Part shown: piece by piece, positions 21,034 to 32,147 of the stretch
Layout: each line of letters begins with the position of its first letter
How positions within the stretch are numbered: position 1 is the first letter of the stretch
Assembly (NCBI GenBank): GCA_963749495.1
Contig: CAVVMW010000005.1
Coordinates: 288,001 to 352,000 of the forward strand
Direction: 5' to 3'
Length of the DNA stretch: 64,000 bases
Origin: an uncultured bacterium
GTDB taxonomy: Bacteria; Verrucomicrobiota; Verrucomicrobiia; Limisphaerales; UBA8199
Translations under genes and position numbers: made by a program
Notes under the pieces: model-generated
Seen by the model: the letters and a program-made list of their open reading frames with translations, nothing else
What the model was told of the DNA's origin: nothing
The model's database searches: none

Positions 21034-21299
21034 TTTCGGCCTTTCCGGCGTAGTGTGGCCGATTCCTCCGGCGACAACCGGGTGCGGAACCGGAGCGCTT
21101 CAATGCGCCGGCGCAGTTCCTCCTCCGGGAGCCGGGGCATGGCGGTTCCGCCCACCAGCGCCGAAGTGATTTCAGGCACTCCGCGCAGCGAGCCCAGGCG
21201 CAAAATGTCGCTTTGACCGAGACCGGTCTTTTCCATGGCCTCAGCCACGACGAGGGCGAGCGTCGCATCCGCCCGGATCTTGAAATAGTTCGTCTTCAT
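21030..21299 (-). CDS. Putative antitoxin
   Basis: Small ORF with ATGA overlap to the PIN gene. Confidence 0.65.
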   Translation of the reverse strand: MKTNYFKIRADATLALVVAEAMEKTGLGQSDILRLGSLRGVPEITSALVGGTAMPRLPEEELRRRIEALRFRTRLSPEESATLRRKGRK

Positions 21300-21459
21300 G
21301 GGCCGATTATGGTCCGTTTGTGGCCCGAGGTCAAGGGGGGGGAACGCCCGGAGACGGGCAAGGGGTCACCGTTGCGGTTTTGGAGGGCGTTTGTGCGGCG
21401 AGAGCGGTGGGAACGGCGCTCTGATCGGCGGTTCCGCCGCACACGTGCTGATGAAGGGC

Positions 21460-23124
21460 TTACGGCTCGAATTTGGCGGGGACGGAGAGATCGAAACCGG
21501 TCCGCTCCAACTGTTCGGCATTCTCGATGACCGCTCCGTTGATCCTCACGTTCTTGAACAGGACCGGGGCGACGTGCTGCCCCATGATCAGGCCGGGCTT
21601 GCTCGGCTTATAGAAAACGCAGTTCTCGAAGGCAAAGTTTGTCAATGGCAAGTTGCCACCGTCGATATAGACCGCCCCGCCATCATTCTCGAACGAGCAG
21701 TCTATAAATCGGAAATCGTCCAAGGCCGCGCTTCTGCTGGGCCGGGAGCCTGCGGAATACCCCCGCCCGGTAAAATACGCAGGCGTCAGTTGGATCCAGA
21801 TGGCAAATTTGTTGTGGCTGGCAACGAAGTGCGCGTCTTCGAGGCGCAGGTGCTTTACGGCCGGGGCGGCGCCATACCCGATGGCCAGGGAGCACGTATA
21901 GCCATAATTGACAAATCCCTTCACGACAACATCCTCGATGCCCCTGCCCCCCCCGCCGTAAAGCGCCCAAGTATCGTCCATGGTCATGGCGAACCCGTCT
22001 TCGATCAGGATATGGCCGCTGCCAGCGGTGAAATCATAAGCATCGTCGTGGTACTGCTGCTTGCGGTTGGCGATCTTGATGTGGTGGGTGGAGAAATTCT
22101 GGCTGCCGCTGACGGTCACGGTCCAATAGGCGGAGCGGAGGAGCAACAGATCCTGGAAGGAAATGTTGCGGCTGTTGTTGACAACGTAGCCCCGGATGCC
22201 ATTTCGAGGATCGTTCACTTTTCCCCCTGGGTCTCTGGCGCGTCCGTCACCGGTGTCGGGTTGAAAGTCATGCCACAGCCACGGGTAGCCCTCCATGTCG
22301 ATGGCGCCCCGCCCCCTCAGGCCGGCATTCTCGACATTGTTAAAGATGAAAAAGGCCCTGGAGGGCCTTCCTCCAGCGCCCGAAGAAGCCGAGGTGTAAT
22401 CCGCAGCCTTGCGCGAGCCCCGAATCAGCGCGCCCGCGTCAACGTAGAGCGTGACTCCGCTCTTCATCAACACGGCGCCCGTCAGGTAAACGCCGGGGGG
22501 AAAGAAGAGCACGCCGCCCCCGGGCCGGCCGGAGACGTCGCTGATGGCCCGGTTAATGTTCGTGGTTTCGAGGGTCTTGCCCGTGCTGTCCACCTTGTAG
22601 TCCTGGATGTTGACCACATTCGCACCGCCGAGTTTGGGGGGATTATTTTCGGGCGGTTCGGCAAACAGCATCAACCCGGTGTTGTTGAAGGCCGGCTCGT
22701 CGTTGAAGAACAAGACCAGGTAGCGCGGCCGATCCAGGTCGAAACTGACCACATTGCCGCTGATCTTCGGCTCGATGCCGTAGGCGAGCGGCCTGATGTG
22801 GCACGTGAGCACTTTCCTCTCGCTGACGAGCAAGGTGACCTCAACGTGGACTTTTCCGGTCATGGCGAAACTGGCATAGTCCATCCAGTTGAACTGGTCG
22901 TAAGTGAAGAACTTATGCACAAACACAGGCTGACCGTTCACGGTCACCTTATAGGAGTCGCTCGGCATCGCTCCTGGGTAAGGGGGATAAGGGGTCACCT
23001 CGCCGAATATCGCCACTGGCAGGAGGAGCAGGAGCAAGGCTATCAGACGTGCCGACAATTCAAGCCCAGAGCCCGACTTATAACTGAAGTGTGGTCTAAT
23101 GAGGTCTTTCATGTTGAGTTTCAT
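21460..23124 (-). CDS. Pectin-lyase-fold glycoside hydrolase (GH28-like)
   Basis: GGGVLFFPPGVYLTG, GRGAID, DAYD, TMDD motifs; signal peptide. Confidence 0.8.
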   Translation of the reverse strand: MKLNMKDLIRPHFSYKSGSGLELSARLIALLLLLLPVAIFGEVTPYPPYPGAMPSDSYKVTVNGQPVFVHKFFTYDQFNWMDYASFAMTGKVHVEVTLLVSERKVLTCHIRPLAYGIEPKISGNVVSFDLDRPRYLVLFFNDEPAFNNTGLMLFAEPPENNPPKLGGANVVNIQDYKVDSTGKTLETTNINRAISDVSGRPGGGVLFFPPGVYLTGAVLMKSGVTLYVDAGALIRGSRKAADYTSASSGAGGRPSRAFFIFNNVENAGLRGRGAIDMEGYPWLWHDFQPDTGDGRARDPGGKVNDPRNGIRGYVVNNSRNISFQDLLLLRSAYWTVTVSGSQNFSTHHIKIANRKQQYHDDAYDFTAGSGHILIEDGFAMTMDDTWALYGGGGRGIEDVVVKGFVNYGYTCSLAIGYGAAPAVKHLRLEDAHFVASHNKFAIWIQLTPAYFTGRGYSAGSRPSRSAALDDFRFIDCSFENDGGAVYIDGGNLPLTNFAFENCVFYKPSKPGLIMGQHVAPVLFKNVRINGAVIENAEQLERTGFDLSVPAKFEP

Positions 23125-23426
23125 AACACGATTCTTGGTTTGTTGTGGCCTTGCGTTCTGGAAAAGCGGAAGAAACGGGTTCGGATTATCCGCGCTCAGG
23201 CCGGTTGGGACACCTTCGCGATGCGGGCAAAGTTGCCCTCGAACTCTGCGCGGCTTTCGCAGCCAACGGTGAAACAGTGGACCGCATCATGTCGTTTCCG
23301 TGGCGGGCCTCTGACGGCCACGCGCTCACAGGATAGGCTGCAACGGCGCCCAGGGCCAAAGACCGCTGCAAGAACTCACGTCGATTCATTCGGTGCATGT
23401 TTCCTTTCAGTTAGCTTCACGTTTAA

Positions 23427-23636
23427 TTATAAAGCAAGCTGATCCACGCGCGGTTGGGGTTCGAACTTGCGCATGAAACTGGCGTTCTTGTGACAGCGCC
23501 CGCAGTAGGCGGGCGTCGCCTGGCGTGTGACCCGGAGCTTGAATCCCCGCTTCGCGCTCATCGACAGGTTCTGGTCATCCTCCTTGGGGTCGCCGCCGTG
23601 GCAGTCGGCGCAACTAATCGCGCGGTGGTGATGCAC
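23427..23636 (-). pseudogene. Multihaem cytochrome c fragment
   Basis: Two CxxCH motifs (CADCH, CGRCH); no proper start or end. Confidence 0.6.
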
Positions 23637-24906
23637 ATATGTCGTAATCCATCATGGCCGGAATCTGCACCAGCGACTTGGGCCAGGTCTGACAAAGCCG
23701 CCCGGCCGGGTTGTAGTCACCGAACAGGACATCGGCCAGGCCATTGCCTTCCTCCTGGCTGCTGTGGGCGAGGTGGAGAATGGCCGGGACATTCTCCTGT
23801 GCCCAGTTGATGGCGTAGGGGAAACTCGAGACGAGGACAACCACCGTCTTGGGATTGGCCGCGAAGACCTGCTTGACCAGTTCCTCCTGCCCGCTGCCGA
23901 GGGTTATGTTCTGGCGATCTATGGCTTCGCGGCCCTCGCTATCATCATTGACTTTCATCCACTTGTTTTGGAAAATATAGCGGGCTTCATAACCCTCGGT
24001 GGCGCCGACCTGATGGAGGATGTCGGTGTCCCAAGTCTCGCCCAGGCCGATGGCCTGGGGGTAGGTGGTGGTGGAGCCGCCCCCCGCCCTGAGGCCGTGG
24101 AGGCCCTCGACCTGCATCATCGAGCGAATCCCCAGCCGGGGCACGCCCGGCCGTTGCGAGAGCAAGGCCACTTTTTTGTGGAACTTCACGAGCCGGTCGA
24201 ACATCATTTTGTACATGGCGGCGGTGCCGTATTCTCCGCGGCGCCCGCCCCACCAGAACCAGGTGCCGTTCATCTCGTGGAAGGGGCGCCAGAGCAGCGG
24301 CACGCGAGCCTCCTCGAGCTTCTTCAGATACGGCACGATGGCATCGACCTGGGCGCACCAGCGCTGGTGGAGTTCAGTGCCCGGGGTGAGGAGGTCTTTG
24401 TATTGTGCTTCGGTGAGCCGGCCTTGCACGGAATTCAGATTGGTCAGGTTGGTGTCCGCGCCGCCGCCGCGCCGTCTCATGAACGTAACCGGTTCGTCGG
24501 CCGTCGGCGGCACCTCGTGCCAGCACATCACGACGAGCGAGCCGTTTCTGTAGTGCTCCTTGAGCTCTTCGACGATGTCGTTGCGGACGTAAGCGGAATC
24601 CTTGTCGCCTTCCTTGGCGAAGCCCCAGTCCTTGCCGAAAATGGCCGGCGTCTTGCCCCAGGCCTTGGCCGCGGCCGCTGTGTGCCTGTCTTTGTCCGCC
24701 GGGAAATTGTGCTGGCCGCTCAAGGTTTGCTTGCCGGAAATGCGGTAGAAGAAGTTCAACAATTCCACCGCCTCCGGAGACGCACCCGGGGTGACCGGCC
24801 GAACGGCGCTCTCGGCGCCAGAAAGCGATGAGGCATTGATGCACAACAGTCCGATCAACGCACTGAAGCCGATCCGCACTTTTTTCATAGGTTTCCTCGG
24901 TCTCAT
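23614..24906 (-). pseudogene. Chimera: GH26 mannanase N-terminus fused to GH3 fragments
   Basis: WRPFHEMNGTWFWWG (GH26) then VEGLHG, YPQAIGLGETWD, GDYNPAGRL (GH3). Confidence 0.7.
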
Positions 24907-24943
24907 GAGTCAGGGGCTACTCGATGGTCCAAATGACTCCGAT

Positions 24944-26374
24944 CTAAATCGTCCACCCGGCCCGGTACGGCGGGTCCACGAATCGATTCGCCTCGTCATC
25001 GTTGGTGACGCGCATCGCCTTGGCGTCCCATTCGAGGGGTGAACCAGTGCGCAAAGCCAGCGCTCCCAGCAACGCCATCTCGGTCATCTGGCAGCCGAAG
25101 TCGAGAGGGCAAACGGTCTCCGCGCCGGTCTTGCACGCCGTCGTCCATTCGGTGTAATGGTTGCCCTGCTCGCACCGGCGCAAGGTCTTGGGCGGGGGCT
25201 GGAAGTCCTGGAACTTCTCCTTAGGGGCCAGCAGCAGCGGTCGGCTACTGCCGTAGTAGCCGCTCAACATCGTGCCGTTCTCACCTACGAAGATGAGTCC
25301 ATCGGGGCGGCTCAGGGCGTTGGGCGGGACTCCCTCGGGCGGCAGCGGTTTCATGCCGCCGTCGTACCAATGCGCCTTGAGCGGCGGCAACGTGCCGCGC
25401 GCCGGGAATTCCCAAGTGACGACGTTGGCATTGCCCTGGCATTCCGGGGTGTCCACGCGTTTCATGAACCCATCGCAACGCGTTGAGCCGTTTCCATAAA
25501 CGCGCACCGGCGCGCCCAATTGCAGTTCCTTGAAGAACATGTGGAGCGTGTGGCATGCCATGTCACCGACCGTGCCTCCCCCAAAGTCCCACCACGGCCG
25601 CCAGTTTTCAGGATGGTAGGCTGAGTGAAAGGGACGATAGGGCGCCGGCCCAATCCACAAGTCCCAATTCATGTCCCGAGGAGGCGTCTGGGTCTCCCTG
25701 GGCCGTGTCAGCGAGCAGGGGTAGATAGGATGGCTCGTCCAAATGTGAACTTCGCGCACGGGCCCGAGGACGCCGGACATCAGCACTTCGGTTGTGCTCC
25801 GTGCGGCATCGGTGCCGGAGGCTTGGGCGCTGGTTTTGGTGACGATTCCCTTGGCGGCCAGCACCCCCGCGCGCACGCGCCGCGCCTCGGCGATGGTATG
25901 GGTGGCCGGTTTGGCGCAGTAAATGTGCTTCTTGAGCTGGAGTGCGCCCATCAAGATAATCGTATGCGTGTGGTCCGGCGTGGCGACAATGAGGGCGTCG
26001 AAGTTCTTCGCCTCTTTGTCGAACATCTCCCGGAAATCGTGGTAGCGGACGGCTTTGGGGAACTTGTCCCACACACCGCGGCGGGCGACCAAATCGTGGT
26101 CGAGGTCGCACAGGGCGACGATGCGTTCGGCTTTGCAGCCGTCGAGGTAGTTGCGGCCCATGCCGCCGCAGCCGATGGCGGCGATACCCAGGGTGTTGCT
26201 CGGCGCGCCTTCGCCTCCAAGCACGTTCCGAGGCACGAGGAGCGGTGCCAGGCCACTCAGGGTGATGGACGCCATGCCGCCCGCCACGAAACGGCGCCGG
26301 GACATGGCGAAACTGCCGTCGCCGCACGACGCTGCGGTCCGGGCGAGTTGCTCAGCGTGTATTGGTTTGTTCAT
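24944..26374 (-). CDS. Tat-exported Gfo/Idh/MocA oxidoreductase
   Basis: SRRRF Tat motif, GCGGMG, ATPDHTH, WDLWIGPAP, GDMACH. Confidence 0.9.
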   Translation of the reverse strand: MNKPIHAEQLARTAASCGDGSFAMSRRRFVAGGMASITLSGLAPLLVPRNVLGGEGAPSNTLGIAAIGCGGMGRNYLDGCKAERIVALCDLDHDLVARRGVWDKFPKAVRYHDFREMFDKEAKNFDALIVATPDHTHTIILMGALQLKKHIYCAKPATHTIAEARRVRAGVLAAKGIVTKTSAQASGTDAARSTTEVLMSGVLGPVREVHIWTSHPIYPCSLTRPRETQTPPRDMNWDLWIGPAPYRPFHSAYHPENWRPWWDFGGGTVGDMACHTLHMFFKELQLGAPVRVYGNGSTRCDGFMKRVDTPECQGNANVVTWEFPARGTLPPLKAHWYDGGMKPLPPEGVPPNALSRPDGLIFVGENGTMLSGYYGSSRPLLLAPKEKFQDFQPPPKTLRRCEQGNHYTEWTTACKTGAETVCPLDFGCQMTEMALLGALALRTGSPLEWDAKAMRVTNDDEANRFVDPPYRAGWTI

Positions 26375-26430
26375 TTCGAATCACCCGTTCGTTCAGTGGT
26401 TTTGTGATCCATCAGGTTCGCGCCGCATGA

Positions 26431-27504
26431 TCATTCCCGCGTCAATATCTCATCAGGGTCACGCGCATCCTCGCTCCTCGCGCCGGAAGATTGACGGTGG
26501 CTATCCGAAGCGATCACGTTGATCTCCGGCGCGGTGGCTTTCCACAAGTCCAGCATGTGCGACACGGCCCCGCCGCTCGGATAGGTCTCGCCCGGCCGGT
26601 CAAAGCGATCAAAGTTGTCATTCGACCCGTAACCGCCGTTCCAGACATTGACCAGGGTCGGCAACGGGTAGATTTCCTTGCCGTCGCGGGCGACCTCGTT
26701 GATATAGGACGAAACGTAATAAGCGTCGAAGGCCTCTTCCGCGACGCGGCCAAACACCTCTTTCCACGTGCCCGGCCTTTTCTTGAGCGCCGTCACCAAG
26801 GAGGCGGGCACGGGGCCGTTGAACAGCGTGCCGGCCTCGGGAGAGTAGTCGCGCACGCTGCCCAGCGAGCCCGGTTCATTCTCCACCTGCGCCATGATGA
26901 CCGTGCGTTCGGCTTCATCCGTTTCCCTGAGATGCCTCATCATCGCCGAGTAGGCCCGCTTGTCCGCTTCGAGCGTGGCCTTGGAATGGGGCGAGAGAAC
27001 GCGGATCGGTTTCCCGCCATAATCCAGCACCCGGGGAAAGCGGGTGGGGTTGGACTTGACCCAATTCGGCGACCAATCCATTGCGCCGTTTTTCCAGGTG
27101 CCGAACCAAAGCAGCATTACGCGCAACCCTTGCGCTCGAGCGCCACGGAGGATGGCGTCGAATCCGGCGAAGTCGAACCGGCCTTCTTCCGGTTCGATGA
27201 CGTTCCAATAGACGGGGTACTCGACGGTGTTGGCGTTCATCGCCCGCAATTTGGGCCAGGCGCTCTCCATCTCATCCGGAAACGCGCTGAAGTTGCCCAC
27301 CTGGCCTCCCATCATAATGAACGGTTTGCCGTCCACATGAAGCGCGAACTTCTCGCCGTTCTTGACCAACTGCGCAATGGGCTTGCCCTGGGCGAGCGCG
27401 GAGGAAGCCGCAACGGCCAGCGCCAGCGCCAGCGATGCGGCGCGCGGCCGTCCAAAAAATGAGCAGCGAGCCTCTTCTCTGCTGGAATTGAATGGATTGT
27501 GCAT
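26431..27504 (-). pseudogene. DUF5597/GH35-like protein, C-terminally truncated
   Basis: VDGKPF, LWFGTWKNG, QVENEPG, YPSGG; ends abruptly. Confidence 0.7.
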
Positions 27505-27622
27505 AAGTCAGTTAGCGCTCCACGCGCTGGGTCATTTTGTCTAGTGCATCGCGGTCAATTTCGTATCCGAGGCCCGGTTGCCGGGGCGCATGCACATGAC
27601 CGTCCGGGGCGATGCAGCCATT

Positions 27623-28438
27623 TTAGGACTGAGGCAGTGGCCGCAATGGCCGCACGTAGATGTTGCGAAAGGCCACCGCGCCGTGATCGCCTTGCAACAT
27701 CACCACCGGATTGGTTGTCGCCTCGGGCATGTTCGGCGAGGCGACGGTCCGCCCGAGCCGCTCCTGGTTCTCGTGAATCAGTTGCCCGTTGAGCAGGGCC
27801 CGGAGGACCTTGGCGTTCTGGATCTTCTTGCCCGACTCGTCAAAGCGGGGGGCTTGGTACCAGACGTGGCAAGCATTCCACTGGCCGTGGTTTCGCTCCG
27901 CGCGGACCAGGGGAGTCTTGCCCCCGTCCACGCCGTTGATCGGGCCGCCCTGATAGTGATAGAGCGCGCCGGTCTGGTCGGTTGGGAGCCGGGGCACGAT
28001 GCCGTAGCTGTCCCGAATCTGCATCTCATACAGCCCGTGCAGATAGACGCCCGAGTTGGAATTGGCCGGGATCATGAACTCGATGTAGAGCTCGAAGTCG
28101 CTCATCTTTTCGGTTGACATGAGATTGGAGGCGGGGCGGTTGGTGAGCGCCGTGTTGACGATGCGGTCGCCGGGCTCGGCCCGCCCGATCAACACCTTCG
28201 GATTGTCGGTTCCTGCCCAAGCCACCCCCTTGGTGGCCATCCAAGTGCCTTCGCGACGAGTGTCAACGTAGCGCCACCCGTCGAGGTTCGTGCCATTGAG
28301 GAGCGGCTTCCAGCCGTCTTCCAGAAGGAAAGGCGGGGCGCCGTGGTCGTTGCCGTCATAGATGTTTGGCACATCAGCCGCCATTCCCCGGAGGAGGAAT
28401 GCCATGGCGGCCACAGAACAGGCGAGGCTTTTTTTCAT
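27623..28438 (-). CDS. DUF1080 (3-keto-disaccharide hydrolase) protein
   Basis: LLNGTNLDGW, NSGVYLHGLYEMQI, LQGDHGAVAFRNI. Confidence 0.9.
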   Translation of the reverse strand: MKKSLACSVAAMAFLLRGMAADVPNIYDGNDHGAPPFLLEDGWKPLLNGTNLDGWRYVDTRREGTWMATKGVAWAGTDNPKVLIGRAEPGDRIVNTALTNRPASNLMSTEKMSDFELYIEFMIPANSNSGVYLHGLYEMQIRDSYGIVPRLPTDQTGALYHYQGGPINGVDGGKTPLVRAERNHGQWNACHVWYQAPRFDESGKKIQNAKVLRALLNGQLIHENQERLGRTVASPNMPEATTNPVVMLQGDHGAVAFRNIYVRPLRPLPQS

Positions 28439-28680
28439 AATCTGATGACCAGGCATTTGATGAGCGGTTGTCAAATGTGCGCTTAACATGCTTACATACG
28501 TACTCCGGCACGAATCCCCAAAACCTGACAGAAAAAGTGAACGGCGGCCTGAACAACCAGGTTTGAGTTCAGTCCCCCGCATCCGGTTCGAACTAGGCCA
28601 CCCCTCCGCCTGCAGGGGCCAGAGGCAGCGTCAGTTCCTCACCGACGGTCACGATCCGTTCCTCCGTGTCCAGGGATGAT

Positions 28681-29005
28681 CTAGATGCCCAGCCAGGAAG
28701 AGAGCGCCGTGCGCACATCCTTGAGCACTCGGGCGTCAAACTGACCGACCTTGCGCTGGAACTCGGTCCAGGCAACAGGTTGGACCGTTTGGCCGTTGCA
28801 GTAGCTTTGCTCGCGCAGCCAGGGCACGCGGGGCAAGGTGACTTCGTAAGGCGTGTTGCCGTATTGGGTCGTAACCTGGACGACGCTGGAGATCGCTCAG
28901 CCGGCAGTTCGTGTCCGGGACCGACACCACCAGAGCATTGCGGACCTTGCCGTCGAAGCCAAAGTCCACCGTCCAAACTTCACCTGGCAGAGGGTTTGCC
29001 TTCAT
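28681..29005 (-). pseudogene. PemK/MazF-family toxin, frameshifted
   Basis: GEVWTVDFGFDGKVRNALVVS, then a second frame VVQVTTQYGNTPYEV...ALSSWLGI*. Confidence 0.75.
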
Positions 29006-29234
29006 TCATCGCGTCCCATAGCTCCGTGCGGCGCTTCGCTGGGCCGAGGACCTCATCCTCGGGACCATCCGCCAGAAGCGGAAACGGAATGGCCCTCCGC
29101 TTGACCATCTGCGCAAACAGCATCCGGACGATCTCGCCCGGGCTGGTTCCGATTTCCTTAGCGACCCGTCTTGCCTGCCGGGCCAGGTTGCGGTCGATCC
29201 TGACCCGGAACTCTTCGGTGGCCTGCGCATTCAT
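28980..29234 (-). CDS. RelB/DinJ-family antitoxin
   Basis: RVRIDRNL...IGTSPGEIVRMLFAQMVKRRAIPF. Confidence 0.8.
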   Translation of the reverse strand: MNAQATEEFRVRIDRNLARQARRVAKEIGTSPGEIVRMLFAQMVKRRAIPFPLLADGPEDEVLGPAKRRTELWDAMNEGKPSAR

Positions 29235-29634
29235 GTATCAAGTATGCATCATCCCTGGACCGCTTCAAGCCTTTTCAACCCGATGACAAGCTGAGGAGGA
29301 TCGGCCCGGAGCCTCTTCCGCGCCGGTGGGGCTTTGTCTGGCGCAGGCTCTTCCTGGAGAGTTGGGGCAGGCCTGGCCCATTCCGTGGGCATTCTCCAGG
29401 CTGGGCTCTCGGCTGCCCTCCCGTTCCGGGGCAAAACCGTCGGAAAAACCGCCAAAACTTGCGGTTTGACGCCACGGTTCCCGTTCCGCAGCATTGGGGC
29501 ATGATGGGTGAGACCGAACAGTGGTTGTCACAGCCCCGCGCAACTTCAATGAATCGGCGGGGCTCAACGAGCAAATTCGTTCTAACAAAGCCCCCCTACG
29601 CTATGCCCGAGTCCCGATACCCGGCACAATGCCC

Positions 29635-30039
29635 ATGAACGACAAACTCGACCGGCTCTCCCAGCACGTCTGCTCCAAAGTGCGCACATTAGGCTTCTCC
29701 TCACCCCGCGCCCCCGTTATGCGCGCCCTCCTGAAGACGGCGTTTCTCGCAAGCCTCAAGACCGAGGAAAGCCGCTTCCCGCGCGGCAGCTTGACCTTCT
29801 CCGACCCAAGCAAACCAGACACCGATCCGCCACCACTCCGCCGAGGGGATTATCCTTCCTTCACGCGGCTAGGCCACCGAACGCCACTCCAAACGGCGGC
29901 ACTGGTAAAACTGTTCCGCGCGGTCGACAGGTGGTCCGGTTCCCTCGCAGTTTACGGGACACACAGCTCCAGAATTGATAAGGAATCGCCTTGTGAGAAG
30001 CCGAGGGCGAGTTGTCGCTTGCCGTTTTACATAATCTAG
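29635..30039 (+). pseudogene. N-terminal fragment resembling the DACNV sensor domain of diadenylate-cyclase-like proteins
   Basis: LLKTAFLASLKTEESR...ALVKL...LAV pattern; truncated. Confidence 0.45.
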
Positions 30040-30127
30040 TCATTCCCCCGTGCATCCCCAAAACCTAACAGAAAATGTGGCGAATCTTCCATTCCCAGCA
30101 GGTTGTGCTGCCATCCAGGGCAAAAGC

Positions 30128-31624
30128 CTATTCAATCAGCACGACATACATTTCGGTGAAAGTGCAGGCGCAATGACGCGTGCCGAACTCGAGCAACGGC
30201 TGAACGGGCGGTGCGTTGCGGATCGCCTCCAACTGCCAAACGGCCGGTTCGGGCTTGCCCCGGGGCCAGACTCGGGCCTGAAGTTGAACCTGGCCGTCGG
30301 TCAGACGCGCAAGGCGAATCTTGAACTGGAAGGTCTGGCCGGTTTGAAACAACAAGGGAATACTGACCCGTCGGTCGGTTTCGCCGCCCTCCAGCCGCGG
30401 AGAGCCCTCGATTACAAAAGAATACAGCTTGGCCACCCCTTCTCCGGCCGGGTTCCGCTCGCACATGAAGTTGAAATGCTTGCGATCCAGAATCAAAGTC
30501 AAGCCGAAATGGGAATTTCCGAGCGGCCCCGGGTCCTCGACCACGGCGTCCAGCCGCGCCTGGAGGGAGAGTTCGATATTGCCGACTACCGGGATCTGGC
30601 GGCTGAACCAGGAAAAGGGGTTCGGGTCACGCGGTCCGGATCGCTTCTGGTCCGGCAATACCGAAACCTTGCCTTGCCGCACGGTGTTCTCATCGACCTC
30701 CCAGTTGCCATCACCGCCCGTGCTCACCACGCGCGGGTCCACCGGAACGGGAACCCTCAGGCCGCTTTGACCGATGGGGCGGGCCTTCAATTCCAGGTTC
30801 TTTGCCGCCACCGCGAACTGCCCGGCAACCACGGGCTGGAAGAGGTCCGCCGATCTGCTCCGCATCTCCACTTCACCCTTCATCACCTTCAGCCAGGTGG
30901 CCTCCCATTGGCTGGCCAAGCTGAATTTGGTGCCTTTGACGCTGGCTTCGGCTTGCGGCGTTGCCACGGCCAACGGTTCGCCGGCCGGTTGGTGGGCGAC
31001 CACCGCTTCCAACCTGCCGCGCTGGAGCACGAAGTGTTTGCCTTTCTCAAAGTCCGACAGCCCTAACCGCGTCTGCTCTTTCAATTCCAGGCAGGTGCCC
31101 TCGCGCGCGAATTCGACCACCGCGGATTGGCCTGGGCCGGTTTCAACAATGTCCCCGGGTTGCAGGTGCAATTTGCGCGTGGCCGGCAGTCGTTCCTCAC
31201 CCCGTTGCACCTCGACACCGGCGCTGCTCCGGCGCAACCGTGGCAGGTTGTCCTTCTCAGGCCAAAACCAATAGCCTGCAACCAGAGCAAGCGCCGCCGC
31301 CAACCCTGTCACCCAAAGCGGGGTGCTCCTCCAGGAGTGCCGTCGGGACGCCGGCAAAGCGGTTGGCCGGGGCAGGGCGATCAGAGGGCCCGTCCCCGCC
31401 GGAACCGAACTGCCAGACTCTGTTAATTGGCTATCCTGGCCCATCGCCCCAGCAAGTTCCCGGAGTAGGAGGTCGATTTCCATTTGCCCGAGCAAGGCCT
31501 CGCCCAGAGACGGTTGCGCCTTGAGACGCGCCAACAGCCGGGTCGCTTCCTCGGGCGTGAGTTCGCCGGAAACGTATTTCTGAATCAGCACCTCGGCTTC
31601 CCGAGGTTCAATCGGCTCAAGCAT
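30128..31624 (-). CDS. FecR-domain anti-sigma factor
   Basis: TM helix, LQPGDIVET, GRLEAVVAHQP, TPQAEASVKGTKF; follows ECF sigma. Confidence 0.85.
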   Translation of the reverse strand: MLEPIEPREAEVLIQKYVSGELTPEEATRLLARLKAQPSLGEALLGQMEIDLLLRELAGAMGQDSQLTESGSSVPAGTGPLIALPRPTALPASRRHSWRSTPLWVTGLAAALALVAGYWFWPEKDNLPRLRRSSAGVEVQRGEERLPATRKLHLQPGDIVETGPGQSAVVEFAREGTCLELKEQTRLGLSDFEKGKHFVLQRGRLEAVVAHQPAGEPLAVATPQAEASVKGTKFSLASQWEATWLKVMKGEVEMRSRSADLFQPVVAGQFAVAAKNLELKARPIGQSGLRVPVPVDPRVVSTGGDGNWEVDENTVRQGKVSVLPDQKRSGPRDPNPFSWFSRQIPVVGNIELSLQARLDAVVEDPGPLGNSHFGLTLILDRKHFNFMCERNPAGEGVAKLYSFVIEGSPRLEGGETDRRVSIPLLFQTGQTFQFKIRLARLTDGQVQLQARVWPRGKPEPAVWQLEAIRNAPPVQPLLEFGTRHCACTFTEMYVVLIE

Positions 31625-32147
31625 GGATGCCTCCGTGGGAAAGCGTCCGGTGGATGCACTGGCGCAACTTGCCGCGCAAACGGCAGAGCGCCTGGCAGAC
31701 GGCGTCGGGGTGCGTTTCCATTTGCGCAGCGATGTCCACCGTGGAAATGCCCGTGTCGTAGTAAAGCTCCAGCAAGGCGCGGCCCTTTTCAGGCAGCTTT
31801 TGCATGCAAATCCGCAACGCGGCCACTTTCTCATCCGCGTACGCCGGGGCTTCGCGCTCTTCGGCCAGTTACCGGACATAATCCGCCAACTCACGCATCA
31901 CCTCAGGCATGGCCCGCTTCCGTTCCCGCCAATGGCGGGCGGCCACGTGGCGGGTCATCGTGGCCAGCAGCGGGCGGAGGTCTTGCTCGAGATTCCACTT
32001 CTCCTGCTTGGCCAGAAACTCGAGGAAAACCTGCTGGCTGATGTCATCGACCAAGCCGGGCCAAGGCGCCAGTTTGAAGGCCAGCGCCCTTACGAAGGCG
32101 TGATGTGCCAGCACGAGCTGGGCGACCTTTATCTCGTTCGACAACAT
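31617..32147 (-). pseudogene. ECF sigma-70 factor, frameshifted near 31875
   Basis: Region 2 (VDDISQQVFL) and region 4 (ALRICMQKLP...QALCRLRGKLRQC) in different frames. Confidence 0.8.

Noticed and set aside
21298..23442. 714-aa plus-strand ORF (also 2362-4407, 50896-52419 and similar)
   Set aside because: Antisense shadows of clear minus-strand genes in GC-rich DNA; no recognisable motifs.
23614..24906. Novel bifunctional GH26-GH3 enzyme
   Set aside because: Both domains are incomplete and match the window-wide deletion pattern.
31860..31890. Programmed frameshift in the ECF sigma gene
   Set aside because: No slippery sequence; isolated indels are common throughout the window.
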